Assembly (NCBI GenBank): GCA_043228905.1
Contig: JBHGNT010000003.1
Span: 13,144,001-13,208,000, forward strand
DNA from: Azolla caroliniana
Taxonomy: Eukaryota > Plantae > Polypodiophyta
Length of the DNA stretch: 64,000 nt
Reading direction: 5' to 3'
Part shown: piece by piece, positions 1-10,948 of the stretch
Numbering within the stretch: position 1 is the first letter of the stretch
Layout of the letters: every line of letters begins with the position of its first letter
The notes under the pieces: generated by a model
The model's database searches: none
Told to the model about the DNA's origin: nothing
Seen by the model: only the letters and a program-made list of their open reading frames with translations
Program-made: the position numbers and the translations under genes

Positions 1-191
1 CCTTGGAACGGCTCGAAGCCGGGAATGTATTCTTCTTTAGATATATATATACAGTTGCGTCTGTCTGTGTATATCCGTGTCTCTGTTGGTTTCGAGTGCT
101 TCCCCTTTCCTGCGTTTTCTGTACATAAGGGCGTGAGTCGGGTCGGGTTGTGTGTGCGCGTGTGTGTGCGTGTGTGTGCGTGAGTCGGTGT

Positions 192-247
<56 letters not shown>

Positions 248-377
248 TCGTTTGCTTCCGAGGTGTTTCTGGGATGCCCCAGAAACAGTGAAGCACGACT
301 TCCTACGCTCCATCACTCCCTAGTCCAAGACCCCCGTTGTCCCGCCTTTCTCCACGCACGCGCGTAGTAACGCGACA
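1..377 (+). repeat. 5' LTR of element A (partial), containing a (CT)n microsatellite at ~195-245
   Basis: Direct repeat of ~4786-5124; ends in CA 4 nt before the PBS. Confidence 0.9.
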
Positions 378-381
378 TATT

Positions 382-398
382 TGGTGAACCCGACGTGA
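382..398 (+). promoter_or_regulatory. PBS complementary to the tRNA-Trp 3' end
   Basis: TGGTGAACCCGACGTGA is the reverse complement of TCACGTCGGGTTCACCA, the 3' end of plant cytosolic tRNA-Trp (recalled, not searched). Confidence 0.85.
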
Positions 399-414
399 AA
401 GGCGGCAAGGGAAT

Positions 415-1854
415 ATGGAGTCAGAAGACGACGATCTTGCAGAGATGGTGGCCGAAGTGGTGTTGGAGTCGGCACGAGTGGTGATGAGGCGAGAAGCAGC
501 GCAACAAGCGGTTGAGCGAGTGGTCGAAAGAGTCGGTCGTTTGAACGGGGACAAAGTCCCACCTTACTTGGAAGCCTACAACACGGAAATGGAGGAGCGT
601 GGCGTAGACGAGGCGTTGAGGCTGGAGTTCTTCTGTCGGGTTGTGGCTGTCCAGATGCATGCGGAAATAAAGGAGCTCCGTGAGGCTCATAGTTCGTGGG
701 AGGCCTTCGAAGAGGCACTCCTGAAGGCATACGGAGGACGGCGGAAGAGGCGGGGGCGACACGACTTCGACCAGTGGGTAGCATCGGCAAAGACCCACCG
801 GGGCGCGACGAAGGCGTTCTGGGAGTTCGAGCGACGGCTTGCTCGGCTCCCAGAGCGGGAACAAGGTTTGGTGGGGGCGGACAAGGTCCTATTGTTCGTC
901 CGGTCGATCGACCGAACGGAACGGGAGGCCATCGGGATTGAGCTCGAAGACGATGATGGAGCGAATGGGCTTACGGAGGACTGGTCGAAGGTTGGAAGGG
1001 TGTGCCAACGGCTAGATGATGAGCGAGCCGAGAAGGCTAAGAGGAAGGGACGCGACGGTGTGCCATCACAGCGGGAAGAGGCCGAACGGCGAAGAGAGTC
1101 GGCAAGGTTTGGCGTTGGGGCCAGGATTGCGGAGGCGTACGCAGCTCTCAAAGCGATGCTCGAGGAAGAGGGAAGATCGAGGCCGGAAACCGAGACCGAG
1201 GAGATGGACTTGCCCCACGCGACGGCGGAAGATCGGTACGATGGTACCACGGGAGAGGGTGCGGAACAAAACGCCCTCTCGACTTGCAGAGATAGGACGG
1301 CCAAGGACAAGGCCGAGATACAGATCGCGGAACCGGATCATTGGGACCAGTGGTTTCGGGCGTGTCAGCCCGAGATCTTGGCCATTGGAGAAGCAAGCCC
1401 AGACGGGGCTTGCGCGATCGGTCAGAAGACGACCGCCGACCACGAAGAGTCGGTGGCTACGGACAAGGGCGTAAAACGGACGGGCGATTCTTTGTGTCTT
1501 CCCACACTTGCTCCCGAGACGATGGCGGTCGGGCCGGAGTGCCCACGTGAGTCCCAAGCGGAGGAAGGCGGCGGCAAAAGGGCAAGAATCACTGGCGAGA
1601 CGATACGGGGAAGGAACGGACGAAAGCCCACGAACCCGATTCCGGAGAACTCGGCATTCGGGCCCGTATGCCCATGTAAGACCGAGGAGATGGATGGCGG
1701 TACCGACGAGTCCTGGCACGATGCCAACGAAGACGGATGGGAAACGGCCTGCGAGAAGGCCGAGGACGGACACGGCACGAGGAGATCGGCATTCCGATAC
1801 GGGTGGAGCGTGATCCGGTCGTGGATTGTTCGATCAGGGCCGGACTCCGCATAA
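415..1854 (+). CDS. gag: Gag capsid-like N-terminal domain plus acidic/repeat tail; the original frame probably extended further and is now frameshifted
   Basis: VGRLNGDKVPPYLEAYNTEMEERGV aligns with INKFNGEDVTRFLEVYEYEMASRGV (B) and VGIFEGINLTRFLKIYNEEMLKRGV (J); DKVLLFV..LEDDDGANGLTEDW is also shared. Confidence 0.75.
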   Translation: MESEDDDLAEMVAEVVLESARVVMRREAAQQAVERVVERVGRLNGDKVPPYLEAYNTEMEERGVDEALRLEFFCRVVAVQMHAEIKELREAHSSWEAFEEALLKAYGGRRKRRGRHDFDQWVASAKTHRGATKAFWEFERRLARLPEREQGLVGADKVLLFVRSIDRTEREAIGIELEDDDGANGLTEDWSKVGRVCQRLDDERAEKAKRKGRDGVPSQREEAERRRESARFGVGARIAEAYAALKAMLEEEGRSRPETETEEMDLPHATAEDRYDGTTGEGAEQNALSTCRDRTAKDKAEIQIAEPDHWDQWFRACQPEILAIGEASPDGACAIGQKTTADHEESVATDKGVKRTGDSLCLPTLAPETMAVGPECPRESQAEEGGGKRARITGETIRGRNGRKPTNPIPENSAFGPVCPCKTEEMDGGTDESWHDANEDGWETACEKAEDGHGTRRSAFRYGWSVIRSWIVRSGPDSA

Positions 1855-3470
1855 AGGTGCTGATACAGGAGAGGGTGCGGGATGAGCCGCCCTCTTTTAC
1901 ATGTGGAGAAAGACCGACCGGGCGAAGGTCGAGAGTTGGAAAGAGAATGAAAGCCGGTCCTATGGGATTCCTTACACCGATCCGACTGCAGGCCCGAGTG
2001 CCGGCCCGAGTGCCGGCGTGAGTCCTATACGAGAGAGCGGTGGTGACAGGAGAACGAGAACCGGGCGGAGCGGACTCCCGGATGACCATTCCGGGAGGGG
2101 GGAAGAGAGCAAGCCTATGAAGAGGCCGAGGACACGGTACGTCGGTACCACGGGAGAGGGTGCGGAGAAAACCGCCCTCTCGGCATACGGAAAAGGACAA
2201 CCCGGGACAGGGTCGGGAAGACAAATCGGCGGCCTACGGAGGATCCTTCACACCGGTTCTAGAGACTTCGGCAATCGGCAACGTGGTCGACGTAAGACCA
2301 AGATACTGACGGTGGCGGCGAGGTGACGAAGGCAAGGGCTACGGATGGGCAGTCTACGGAGGATCCTTCACACCGGTTCTAGAGACTTTGGCAGTCGGCA
2401 ACGCGGACGACGTAAGACCAAGATACTGACGGTGGCGGCGAGGTGACGAGGGCTATGGGCGTAAAGAAGTCCGGTCCTACGGGATCCCCGCACTTAACCA
2501 GAGACTCCGGTAGTTCGGCCAACGTGGCAACATGAGACTGAGAGAGAAGGTTGGTGGCGGCGGGAAACGGGACCGACTAAGCGGAAGACACGAGGAGAGT
2601 CCGGGAGGGATTCAAACAAAAGTCACTCGAATGACGGCAAGCATAAAAACGGAGTCCGGTCCTATGGGACCCTCACACTGATTCGGAGACTCCGGAAGTT
2701 TGGCCAACGTGGCAACGTGAGACCAAGGGAGAAGGACGGTGGCGGCAGGGAACGGGACCTGACGACACGAGGTTTCGGAAGGAGTAGGTAGGGGCAAACA
2801 CGGGGAGGTGTGTCGAGCCGGAAACGCACACCTGGGACGGGATAAGAGTCTCGCAAGTGGCCATCGCGGGCCGGATCAAAGCGTGACTACGGGACGGCGT
2901 TCGGCGCAGGCGGTGCCGAACAATGGGAGCGAAAGACGACACAAGAGAGGTGTCGGGAACGAGGTGACAAGTGCTTAGTGGACTGCACAGGGTCGGAATC
3001 AGGGGATGGCAAGAGAGGTCGGAGGAGGATCCTCCACACTCGCTTCGTAGATCTCGGTAGCTCCGTCGAAGTAGCAAAGACTAACACGGCAAGCCGGGAT
3101 GACAAGCTGGTGGGGGCGAGGGGACGACGGCAAGCGGAAGACTCAGGACCTGTTGCAGCAGCACGAAGACGGGAAGGGCCAAGCGGGCTACTACGGGGTG
3201 TTCCTCGGATGCAAAGGACACCGGTATGCGGGTGAGCGGCGATGCACGATCTGGCCGGAAAAGGGCCGACAAGGCGTGCAATGAACCGGAGTACGGCCCA
3301 GGCGGTGCCAAACAACAGAGGAGGGTATGTGGCACACGGAGGTGCCGGAGCGGAAAGGCGAGCGCGGAGAAGGTCGGAAAGGGATCCTCCACACCGTTCC
3401 GGAGACCATGGCGGTTCGAGCCGACGCGGCAATGTAAGACCATGGAGAAGGAAGGTGGCGGCGAGAGGGC
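1501..3470 (+). repeat. Dispersed degenerate internal repeat (>=8 copies), including a near-perfect 120-bp tandem pair at ~2228-2458
   Basis: Motif like CACACxxxTCxGGAGACTxCGGxAGTTxGGCCAACGTGGCAAxGTxAGAC at ~1501, 1628, 2246, 2366, 2487, 2672, 3033 and 3388. Confidence 0.7.
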
Positions 3471-3838
3471 GGTGGCCATGCGAAACAACATGGGACGACA
3501 ACTAGGACATCACGAATGGTCAATGGAGGCCAAGCGGGCCACTACGGGCATGCCTCAAGCGGAGGACATCGGGCATACGGCGGGAAGCAGGGCGTTCATA
3601 CGGCCGAACAAGGGCCAACGGAAGTACGCGTAATATGGAGATCGCGGTAGAGGACCCATCGATGGGTCGAACGAGCCTACGGGGAGGCAAGCGCGAAGGA
3701 AGAATCGAAGCCGACGGATCAAACCGGCAGCGAGCCGGGATGCGGATCACGGAAGACCGGTTTCTCGCCGGCCGAAATCTCTCACCCTTCAACCAGATTT
3801 GGCACGTACCGGTGGACATGCAGTTAGGTGGGGGCGGA

Positions 3839-5124
3839 TGCCGTGAAGAATTTCAGCTAGAGGCGGAAATCGGGAAACATCGGCTACATCGGCGGGGTGC
3901 AGCGTGTGTACGCACCCATGTACATTTAGTGTGAATAACGAGGGCGCCTTTGTGGCGCCGAAGAGTAGTCAAGTCGGGACAGACGATCCCATGTAAGTCG
4001 GGATTTATCCCACATTGTAACGCATCCCTCTCCTTGTTCTATAAAAGGAAGGGAACGCCCTTTGTAAAAGGGTTGCCCATTCTGCATTAGAGGGTATAAC
4101 GTTAGGTTTGGAGTTAGTTTCTTCTTCTTCTTCTTCTTCTCCTTCGTGTTCGCTTAGGGTTTGCTTCAGCTCATCTCCTGCGCAAGACCATTGTAACGCA
4201 TCCCTCTCCTTGTTCTATAAAAGGAAGGGAACGCCCTTTGTAAAAGGGTTGCCCATTCTGCATTAGAGGGTATAACGTTAGGTTTGGAGTTAGTTTCTTC
4301 TTCTTCTTCTTCTTCTCCTTCGTGTTCTCTTAGGGTTTGCTTCAGCTCATCTCCTGCGCAAGACCATTGTAACGCATCCCTCTCCTTGTTCTATAAAAGG
4401 AAGGGAACGCCCTTTGTAAAAGGGTTGCCCATTCTGCATTAGAGGGTATAACGTTAGGTTTGGAGTTAGTTTCTTCTTCTTCTTCTTCTTCTCCTTCGTG
4501 TTCGCTTAGGGTTTGCTTCAGCTCATCTCCTGCGCAAGACCATTGTAACGCATCCCTCTCCTTGTTCTATAAAAGGAAGGGAACGCCCTTTGTAAAAGGG
4601 TTGCCCATTCTGCATTAGAGGGTATAACGTTAGGTTTGGAGTTAGTTTCTTCTTCTTCTTCTTCTTCTCCTTCGTGTTCGCTTAGGGTTTGCTTCAGCTC
4701 ATCTCCTGCGCAAGACCCCGCTCGGCGCGACGAGCCCGTGAGCTCCCCGATGGCGGCTTGGCAGCTGACGACTACTGTAACCTGCCTTGGAACGGCTCGA
4801 AGCAGGGAATGTATTCTTCTTTATATATATATACAGTTGCGTCTGTCTGTGTATATCCGCGTCTCTGTTGGTGTCGGGTGCTTCCCCTTTCCTGCGTTTT
4901 CTGTACATAAGGGCGCGAGTCGGGTCGGGCTGTGTGTGTGCTTGTGTGCGCGTGAGTCGGTGTTAATCTCTCTCTCTCTCTCTCTCTCTCTCCCTTCAGT
5001 TGCTTCCGAGGTGTTTCTGGGATGCCCCAGAAACAGTGAAGCACGACTTCCTACGCTCCATCACTCCCTAGTCCAAGACCCCGTGGTCCCGCCTTTCTCC
5101 ACGCACGCGTGTAGTAACGCGACA
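3839..5124 (+). repeat. 3' LTR of element A
   Basis: Begins TGCCGTGAAG after the tract TTAGGTGGGGGCGGA and ends CGCGACA; the 3' part matches 1-377. Confidence 0.82.
4013..4716 (+). repeat. 4 x 176-bp tandem repeat; each unit has TATAAAA, a (TTC)n Y-patch and a TTAGGGTTT telo-box-like motif
   Basis: Units start at 4013, 4189, 4365 and 4541 (CATTGTAACGCATCCC...GCGCAAGAC) and are nearly identical. Confidence 0.95.
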
Positions 5125-5205
5125 ACGAGTTTTCACCCCGATCATCCCCAAGTCACAGAACCCCGGCGGTTGTGACACACAACCACAATCTTCGCGACAC
5201 AAATT

Positions 5206-5222
5206 TGGTGAACCCGACATGA
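5206..5222 (+). promoter_or_regulatory. tRNA-Trp PBS of element B
   Basis: TGGTGAACCCGACATGA, 6 nt after the LTR-terminal CA. Confidence 0.85.
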
Positions 5223-5289
5223 AGTGTCGTTGACAAGGGGAGTTTCGGAGTTAAAGTTTTACAAAGAGAAGGTTGGAAAATCAAAGAAA

Positions 5290-7527
5290 ATGGCGGATAA
5301 AGGTGCCAACACAGAGATGGGAAATAAGGGCTTCAATGAAGAGATGGCAAGTTTCATGATGACGATGATGAATCGGATGCTTCAAGAGCAAAGTGCAATG
5401 AACCGGATGGAAAGTGAGTTAACGCTTGCCGTACAAACGGTCATCGAGAGGATAAACAAATTTAATGGCGAGGACGTCACTCGGTTCCTTGAGGTCTACG
5501 AATACGAGATGGCCAGTAGAGGGGTAACCGGAGAACAAATGGTCTTGCGCATCAATCGGGTATGCACACTTGATGTCCGAGCAAGGGTAACGGAATTATC
5601 AGAGAGATTTCGTGAAGATTGGGCCGGGTTTCGTCAAGCATTGCTTGATGAATACATGCTAGACGACCGGACCTGAATGTCAAAGACGAGCTTTCTCGAA
5701 TGGACCGAGAAAGGGGGTAAAGGACTCTCAGTTTCAGAATTGCTGAGAGAGTTTGAGAAAAGATATAATGAGCTATCGGTAAGAGACCGAGAACTACTAC
5801 AATCAGAGAAGGTGGATTTATTCGTCCAAGCGGTAGATAAATCTTTTAGAAAAGATATGACCATCGTACTTGAAGACCGAATAAGCACAACCGGTTTGGT
5901 GTCCGATTGGGTGGAAGTACTCGAGGCTTGTCGAGTACTAAGAAGGAGGGCGCTAAGGATGGAGGATGGCTATGACAATAGAATAAAGACAACAACCAGA
6001 GAACATCCAAAACAAGAATCAGGAACCCGAACAGATGTTGGCAAAGGAAAGGAGCCAGAGTCCACGATTGATGATCTGATAAAGGGAATACGGGATCTAC
6101 AACTCAAGTTCACAAAGCTTGAGAAGGGTGAAAGATCGGGTGTTCGACAAAAGCCCAATGAAGGAGAAAAGGGTGAATTCATCCGCCGATGCATATGGTC
6201 CGATAGCACGGAGCACCAAAAAAGGGATTGTCAGAGCCATAAGGAAGCGTTAGAAAGAAACATTATCTTCTATCAAAATGGGAGAATCCACTCCTCGGAG
6301 ACCCAACAACCCGTAAAAACCAACTTCGGCAAAGGTGGAATGAAGAAAGTGATGAAGGATGAAGAGTCGACGAATGTTCAGGCAATGTACTTTTCGACTA
6401 CTTCCGGATTGAAGGTCGATGATCCCCAGATTGAATCAGGATTCTGGGGAAAAGTGATAAAGTTTGCTACTGACAAAAGAGTCCAACCACAGGACTTACG
6501 AAAGGCTGGTGACGAGATAAGGAGTAGTACTAGGTGGAATGACCCAATAGATTCACTCACTACGATCGCCAAGATAGTAGGGGTGAATGCCCACGAGGTG
6601 ACAGTCGAAGAAAAACGAAGGAGAACTGAAGAAGCGGGACCTTCTAGAAAACCCGAGACCCGAGAACAAAAGAGACGAGAAACTGAAAGAGTTGCTGCGG
6701 AGGCGATGAAAGAAGACAAAGGTAAGCAAAAGATAGCCCCGTTATTCAAACTCGCCTCCGACATCGAAACATCCACCGACCTAAAGCATGTGCTAGAATC
6801 AAGGATTCTCGATAGTAAAGTTGAGTTAACACTCCGAGAAGTACTAGGGATCGCGAAGAAGGAATTTCATGAAGTGATCATTGATGTGATTCGGAGGAAA
6901 AGACAAGTGGTTGAAGAAATGGGTGGAGTAAATACCGTCATGATACGGGTGGAAGATGAAGATATGGAGACTGCATTGTTAGCCGGGGTACGGAGTGCTG
7001 ACACACAATGTAGTCATGACGAGGAACGAAGCCATTACACCCGCACACATTGGGCTCGGGCGACAACCAAGGCTCCAGTCAGAATTGGAGATCAGATGGA
7101 ACCATGTGTGGCACTCATCGACCATGGCTCTGAGATAAATATCATATCGTCTGATTTTTACAATCGCGGGAGATGGCCAATAGAAAACAACCACGGTTGG
7201 AAGGTGAGAGCAGCGACTGAGGTCGTGGAGGATTTATGTGGCGCATGCCCAAATATTAAAGTTACAATTGGAGACGTGTCAGTAGATCTAAACTTCTTCG
7301 TCCAGGAGAAGTCCTTTTATCCAGTAATCCTAGGGCAACCGTACATCACAACAGTGCAGATGGAGACTAAAGTGATTGATAATGGAGCGGCGTTTGCTAG
7401 GATTTGAAGCCAGGATTGGAAGAGGTCAGTACAGTTCCTTACTGTTCGACCAAATCATGAGAGGAATAAGGAGAATCGACGAGATCATCCACTACGAGAT
7501 GTGGGGGATTTCGTACAGGATTTCTAG
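5290..7527 (+). pseudogene. gag: gag-protease ORF1 of B, with in-frame stops at 5674-5676 and 7405-7407
   Basis: ORFs 5224-5676 and 5677-7407 share a frame, which continues to TAG at 7525-7527; degenerate knuckle CIWSDSTEHQKRDC; protease motif LIDHGSEIN...ILGQPY. Confidence 0.85.
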
Positions 7528-7580
7528 AGCAGGCCCTTACAAAAAGGGGTTGTGATGGCCCGAGGGAGGTAAGAAGCCCC
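7518..7580 (+). promoter_or_regulatory. Putative -1 ribosomal frameshift signal (G GAT TTC, spacer, H-type pseudoknot)
   Basis: Heptamer directly before the ORF1 stop; stem GGCCCTTACAA/TTGTGATGGCC; loop GGGG can pair with CCCC at 7577-7580; the -1 frame is open into ORF 7701. Confidence 0.75.
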
Positions 7581-10500
7581 ATTCATAGTATTGAAGATAA
7601 CGGTATATTATATGTTGCGTCGGTAGATGGCGCAACTATAATAGAAGATTTCAAAGCAAAGAAATTCCAAAAAATAGAAAAAGAATTACAAGGTGGAGGT
7701 ATGATAGATTCAGAAGAAAAATTAGTGAATATATTTGAAGAATATTGTTTTAAAGATACAGTAGGAGAGGTGGAGTCTCTAATGACGGAAGATGATGAAG
7801 TTGAAGTTGTGGTAAATTCCATCGAGCTATTCAAAACCATCAAGGAGTATGTTCAAAATGAACCAAGTACAAAACGGTGGAGAAGAAGGTCCGGTCAGCA
7901 GCAACACCACTTCCAGAAGACAGTGAAAAGATAATGAAGGAGGTGTCCACCAAGCCAATTCTTTGGGATCCAAAGAGAATTGGGCACAAGTTCACGGAAG
8001 AAACAATTAAAGAACTAAGATTTGGAGGGGAGGACTTCCTAACACCTATAGAAGAAGCAGAATTCAGAAAAATGCTAGGGCAGCATGGGAAAGCATTCCC
8101 CTTCAACCCTGAAGAAATTGGATGTGTGAATCCGAAAGTAGTTGAACCAATGGTCATCTTCACGATCCCACACATTCCGTGGAATCTGAAGCCAATCCCA
8201 GTGCCAAGAGCAAGGATACTGCAATTAATCGAGCTTCTAAAAGAGAAAATGGACATGGGCATCTTGGAACCATCAAACGCTCCATACTCGAGTAGATGGT
8301 TTACGGTGCAAAAGAAGGATGGGCAACTTCGATTCATTCAAGACATGCAACCTATGAATAAAGTTACTATCCGGAATTCAGGAGTAGGGCTGATAGTAGA
8401 TGAGTTTGCAGAGATGTTCGCTAGAAGAGCGATCTACTCTATGGGTGATCTCTACTCCGGATATGACCAATTCCAACTTGCGGTCGGTAGTGAGGATATC
8501 ACCTCCATTAGGACTCCTATTGGATTACTTCGAATGTGTACCCTACCTCAAGGTGCGACCAACTCGGTCGCTCACATGATGAATGGTATGCACAAAGTCC
8601 TCTGAGATTTTATTCCTCACATAACCATGCCTTTCTTGGATGATATACCCATTAAAGGATGCGAGGAAAGAATGAAGAATGAAGAATTGGATAGTAGTGG
8701 ATGTCGGAAGTTCGTCAGGGATCACATAGAAATTTGTGATAAAGTGCTTTCAAGACTAGAGGAGGTATACCTAACACTTTCGGCTCCAAAATCAATATTC
8801 AGGGTTCAAGAAGTACTAGTGGTAGGACATATGTGTGGGCCATACAGAAGAAAGCCAGCACCAAAAAAGATGAACGCAATACAGAATATGAAAGAAGAAT
8901 GCAACTGTGTATCTGAAGTTCAGAGGTTCTTGGGTGCATGTGTCTTCTATTGCAGGTGGATTCCACATTATGCTCACATATCAAATCCATTGTATCGGCT
9001 ATTAAGAAAAGGGGAAGCATTTGAGTGGACAGAAGAACACTCAAATACAATTAAAAGACTGAAGGAGAATCTGGCTAAAGCTCCTGCATTGAAACAACCT
9101 GACTACACCCAACCAATAATCCTCACAATTGACTCAAGTCCGATTGGAATCGGGTGGGTAATAAGCCAACAAGATGAGGAAGGAGAAAGACATCCAATTC
9201 GATTTGGTGCAAAGGTACTTAGCGGACGTCAACGAAAGTATGCACAAGTGAAGAGAGAGCTCTGGGGGATAATCATTGCTATCAAGACGGATAGGGACTA
9301 TCTGGTTGGTGCTGAGGTGATTGTGGAGACAGATTGCTTGCCAATTCTGGGGATTATTGCAAATTGCAATATTCCAGACCAAGCAATGCTTAGGTGGTGT
9401 ATCTACATCAAAACCATCAACCCAGATGTTCGACATATATCTGGCAAGAAGAATGCAATGGCTGATATGTTATCCAGAGCAAAATATGAAAAAGAAGAGG
9501 TGGTAGAATCAGATAGCGACGAAGAAGAATCAGCTTTGGTCATAAATGCAATTAGAGGGGGTGAGCCACATGAAGAACATGAGTTTAAAGAAGAAGAGTA
9601 TAATGAAGAGTTTAAGGAAATCGGGAAGTATCTACAAGCACCATGGAAGGAAGGAACTTGGAGTGGGAGAAACTTCTCAAATTTCCGAAAGAAGGCACAC
9701 CGATTTTTCTTGCACCAAGGTTACCTTTGGAAGCACCCAAAGTATAAAATGGGAAATCCACAACGGGTTATCTGTGACCAAGTGCAGCGGGAGCAGATAT
9801 TAAAGGAATTACATGATAGGGAGTGGGTTGGACACCGTGGAGTCTGGGCAACATTTAGTAAAATAAAGGAAAGATATTGGTGGCCAGGATTCTACAATGA
9901 AATCAAGAGGTATGTCGAGACATGCCCAACCTGTCAAATCTACTCCAACATTAAGCATAGAGATGAGTTGCACCCAACCTATTCGCCGAATATACATTAC
10001 AAGTGGATGGTTGATATAGTGGCAATGCCAATGGGGGCAAGTCAAAAGAAGTTCTTGGTACTCGCTAGAGAAGACCTTACAAATCAAGTTGAAGGAAGAG
10101 CACTAAGATCGAAGACCACATTGGCAGTATGTCAATTCATATTAGAGGATATAATATGTAGGTATGGGTGTATAGGGAAGATAGTGGCTGATAGAGGTGA
10201 GCTCAATTCTGATGAAGCACGAGAGTTCTTTGATAGAATTGGAATTCAGTTATCATTGACCACAACATATAATCCTAAGGCAAATGGAAAGATAGAAAAA
10301 GGTCATAGTCTGATAGTTAAAGCACTTGCAAAAGCATGTAAAGGCAAAGTAGGTAATTGGCCAAAGGTCTTGCCATATGCATTGTGGGCGGATAGGACCA
10401 CACATAGTTCGGTGACAGGATATATGCCGATAGAGCTCATGACAGGACAAAGGCCGATGATGCCGATTGAAGAGAAGATTGCTACACGGGCAATGCTACC

Positions 10501-10939
10501 ATGGGAGTCAGAGATGAGTAGGGAAGACTTGCTAGCAGTTCGTATCCGACAACTACAATGTCAAGCAGAAGATGTAGAAAAGGCTACTAAGAAATTGAAG
10601 GAAGCTCGGATAAAGAACAAAGCAGGATTTGACAAACTAAATAGATTAAGACCACGAAAGATTCAAGAAGGAGACTGGGTGTTGGTACTAGATAGTAGCC
10701 TCGAGAACCAGTACAGTACAATGAGGAAGTTCGCAAAACGCTGGTTTGGGCCTTACGAAGTACGGAAGGTGACTGATAAGGCTACCTACTACCTAAATGA
10801 GTTGGATGGAATTGAGATCCAGACACCGATTGCGGGAAAAAGAATAAAGATTTTTAAAAGAAGAGAAGACACCGAACCTAGTCTCATAGAAAATGAGGAT
10901 GAAGAATTTTTCGAAGAGGATCAAAATGAAGTGGTGTGA
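7518..10939 (+). pseudogene. pol: pol ORF2 of B (RT-RNaseH-integrase), with a frameshift near 7860 and a stop at 8603-8605
   Basis: RT motifs MGDLYSGYDQF, LPQGATNS and FLDD; RH motifs IDSSPIGIG and ADMLSR; IN zinc finger H..H..CPTC and catalytic core. Confidence 0.9.
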
Positions 10940-10948
10940 ACTCTCCCA

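Larger units (their letters stand above)
1..5124 (+). mobile_element. Element A: non-autonomous gag-only LTR retroelement with tRNA-Trp PBS, inserted in the 5' LTR of element B; left end outside window
   Basis: 1-377 recurs at ~4786-5124 and both end ...CGCGACA; PBS at 382; gag-like ORF; no PR/RT/RH/IN motifs between the LTRs; purine-rich tract at 3824-3838 precedes TG at 3839. Confidence 0.88.

Noticed and set aside
5674-5676. Stop-codon readthrough in B gag
   Set aside because: The TGA aligns with Arg in J (CGA>TGA decay); the stops at 7405 and 8603 look like similar decay.
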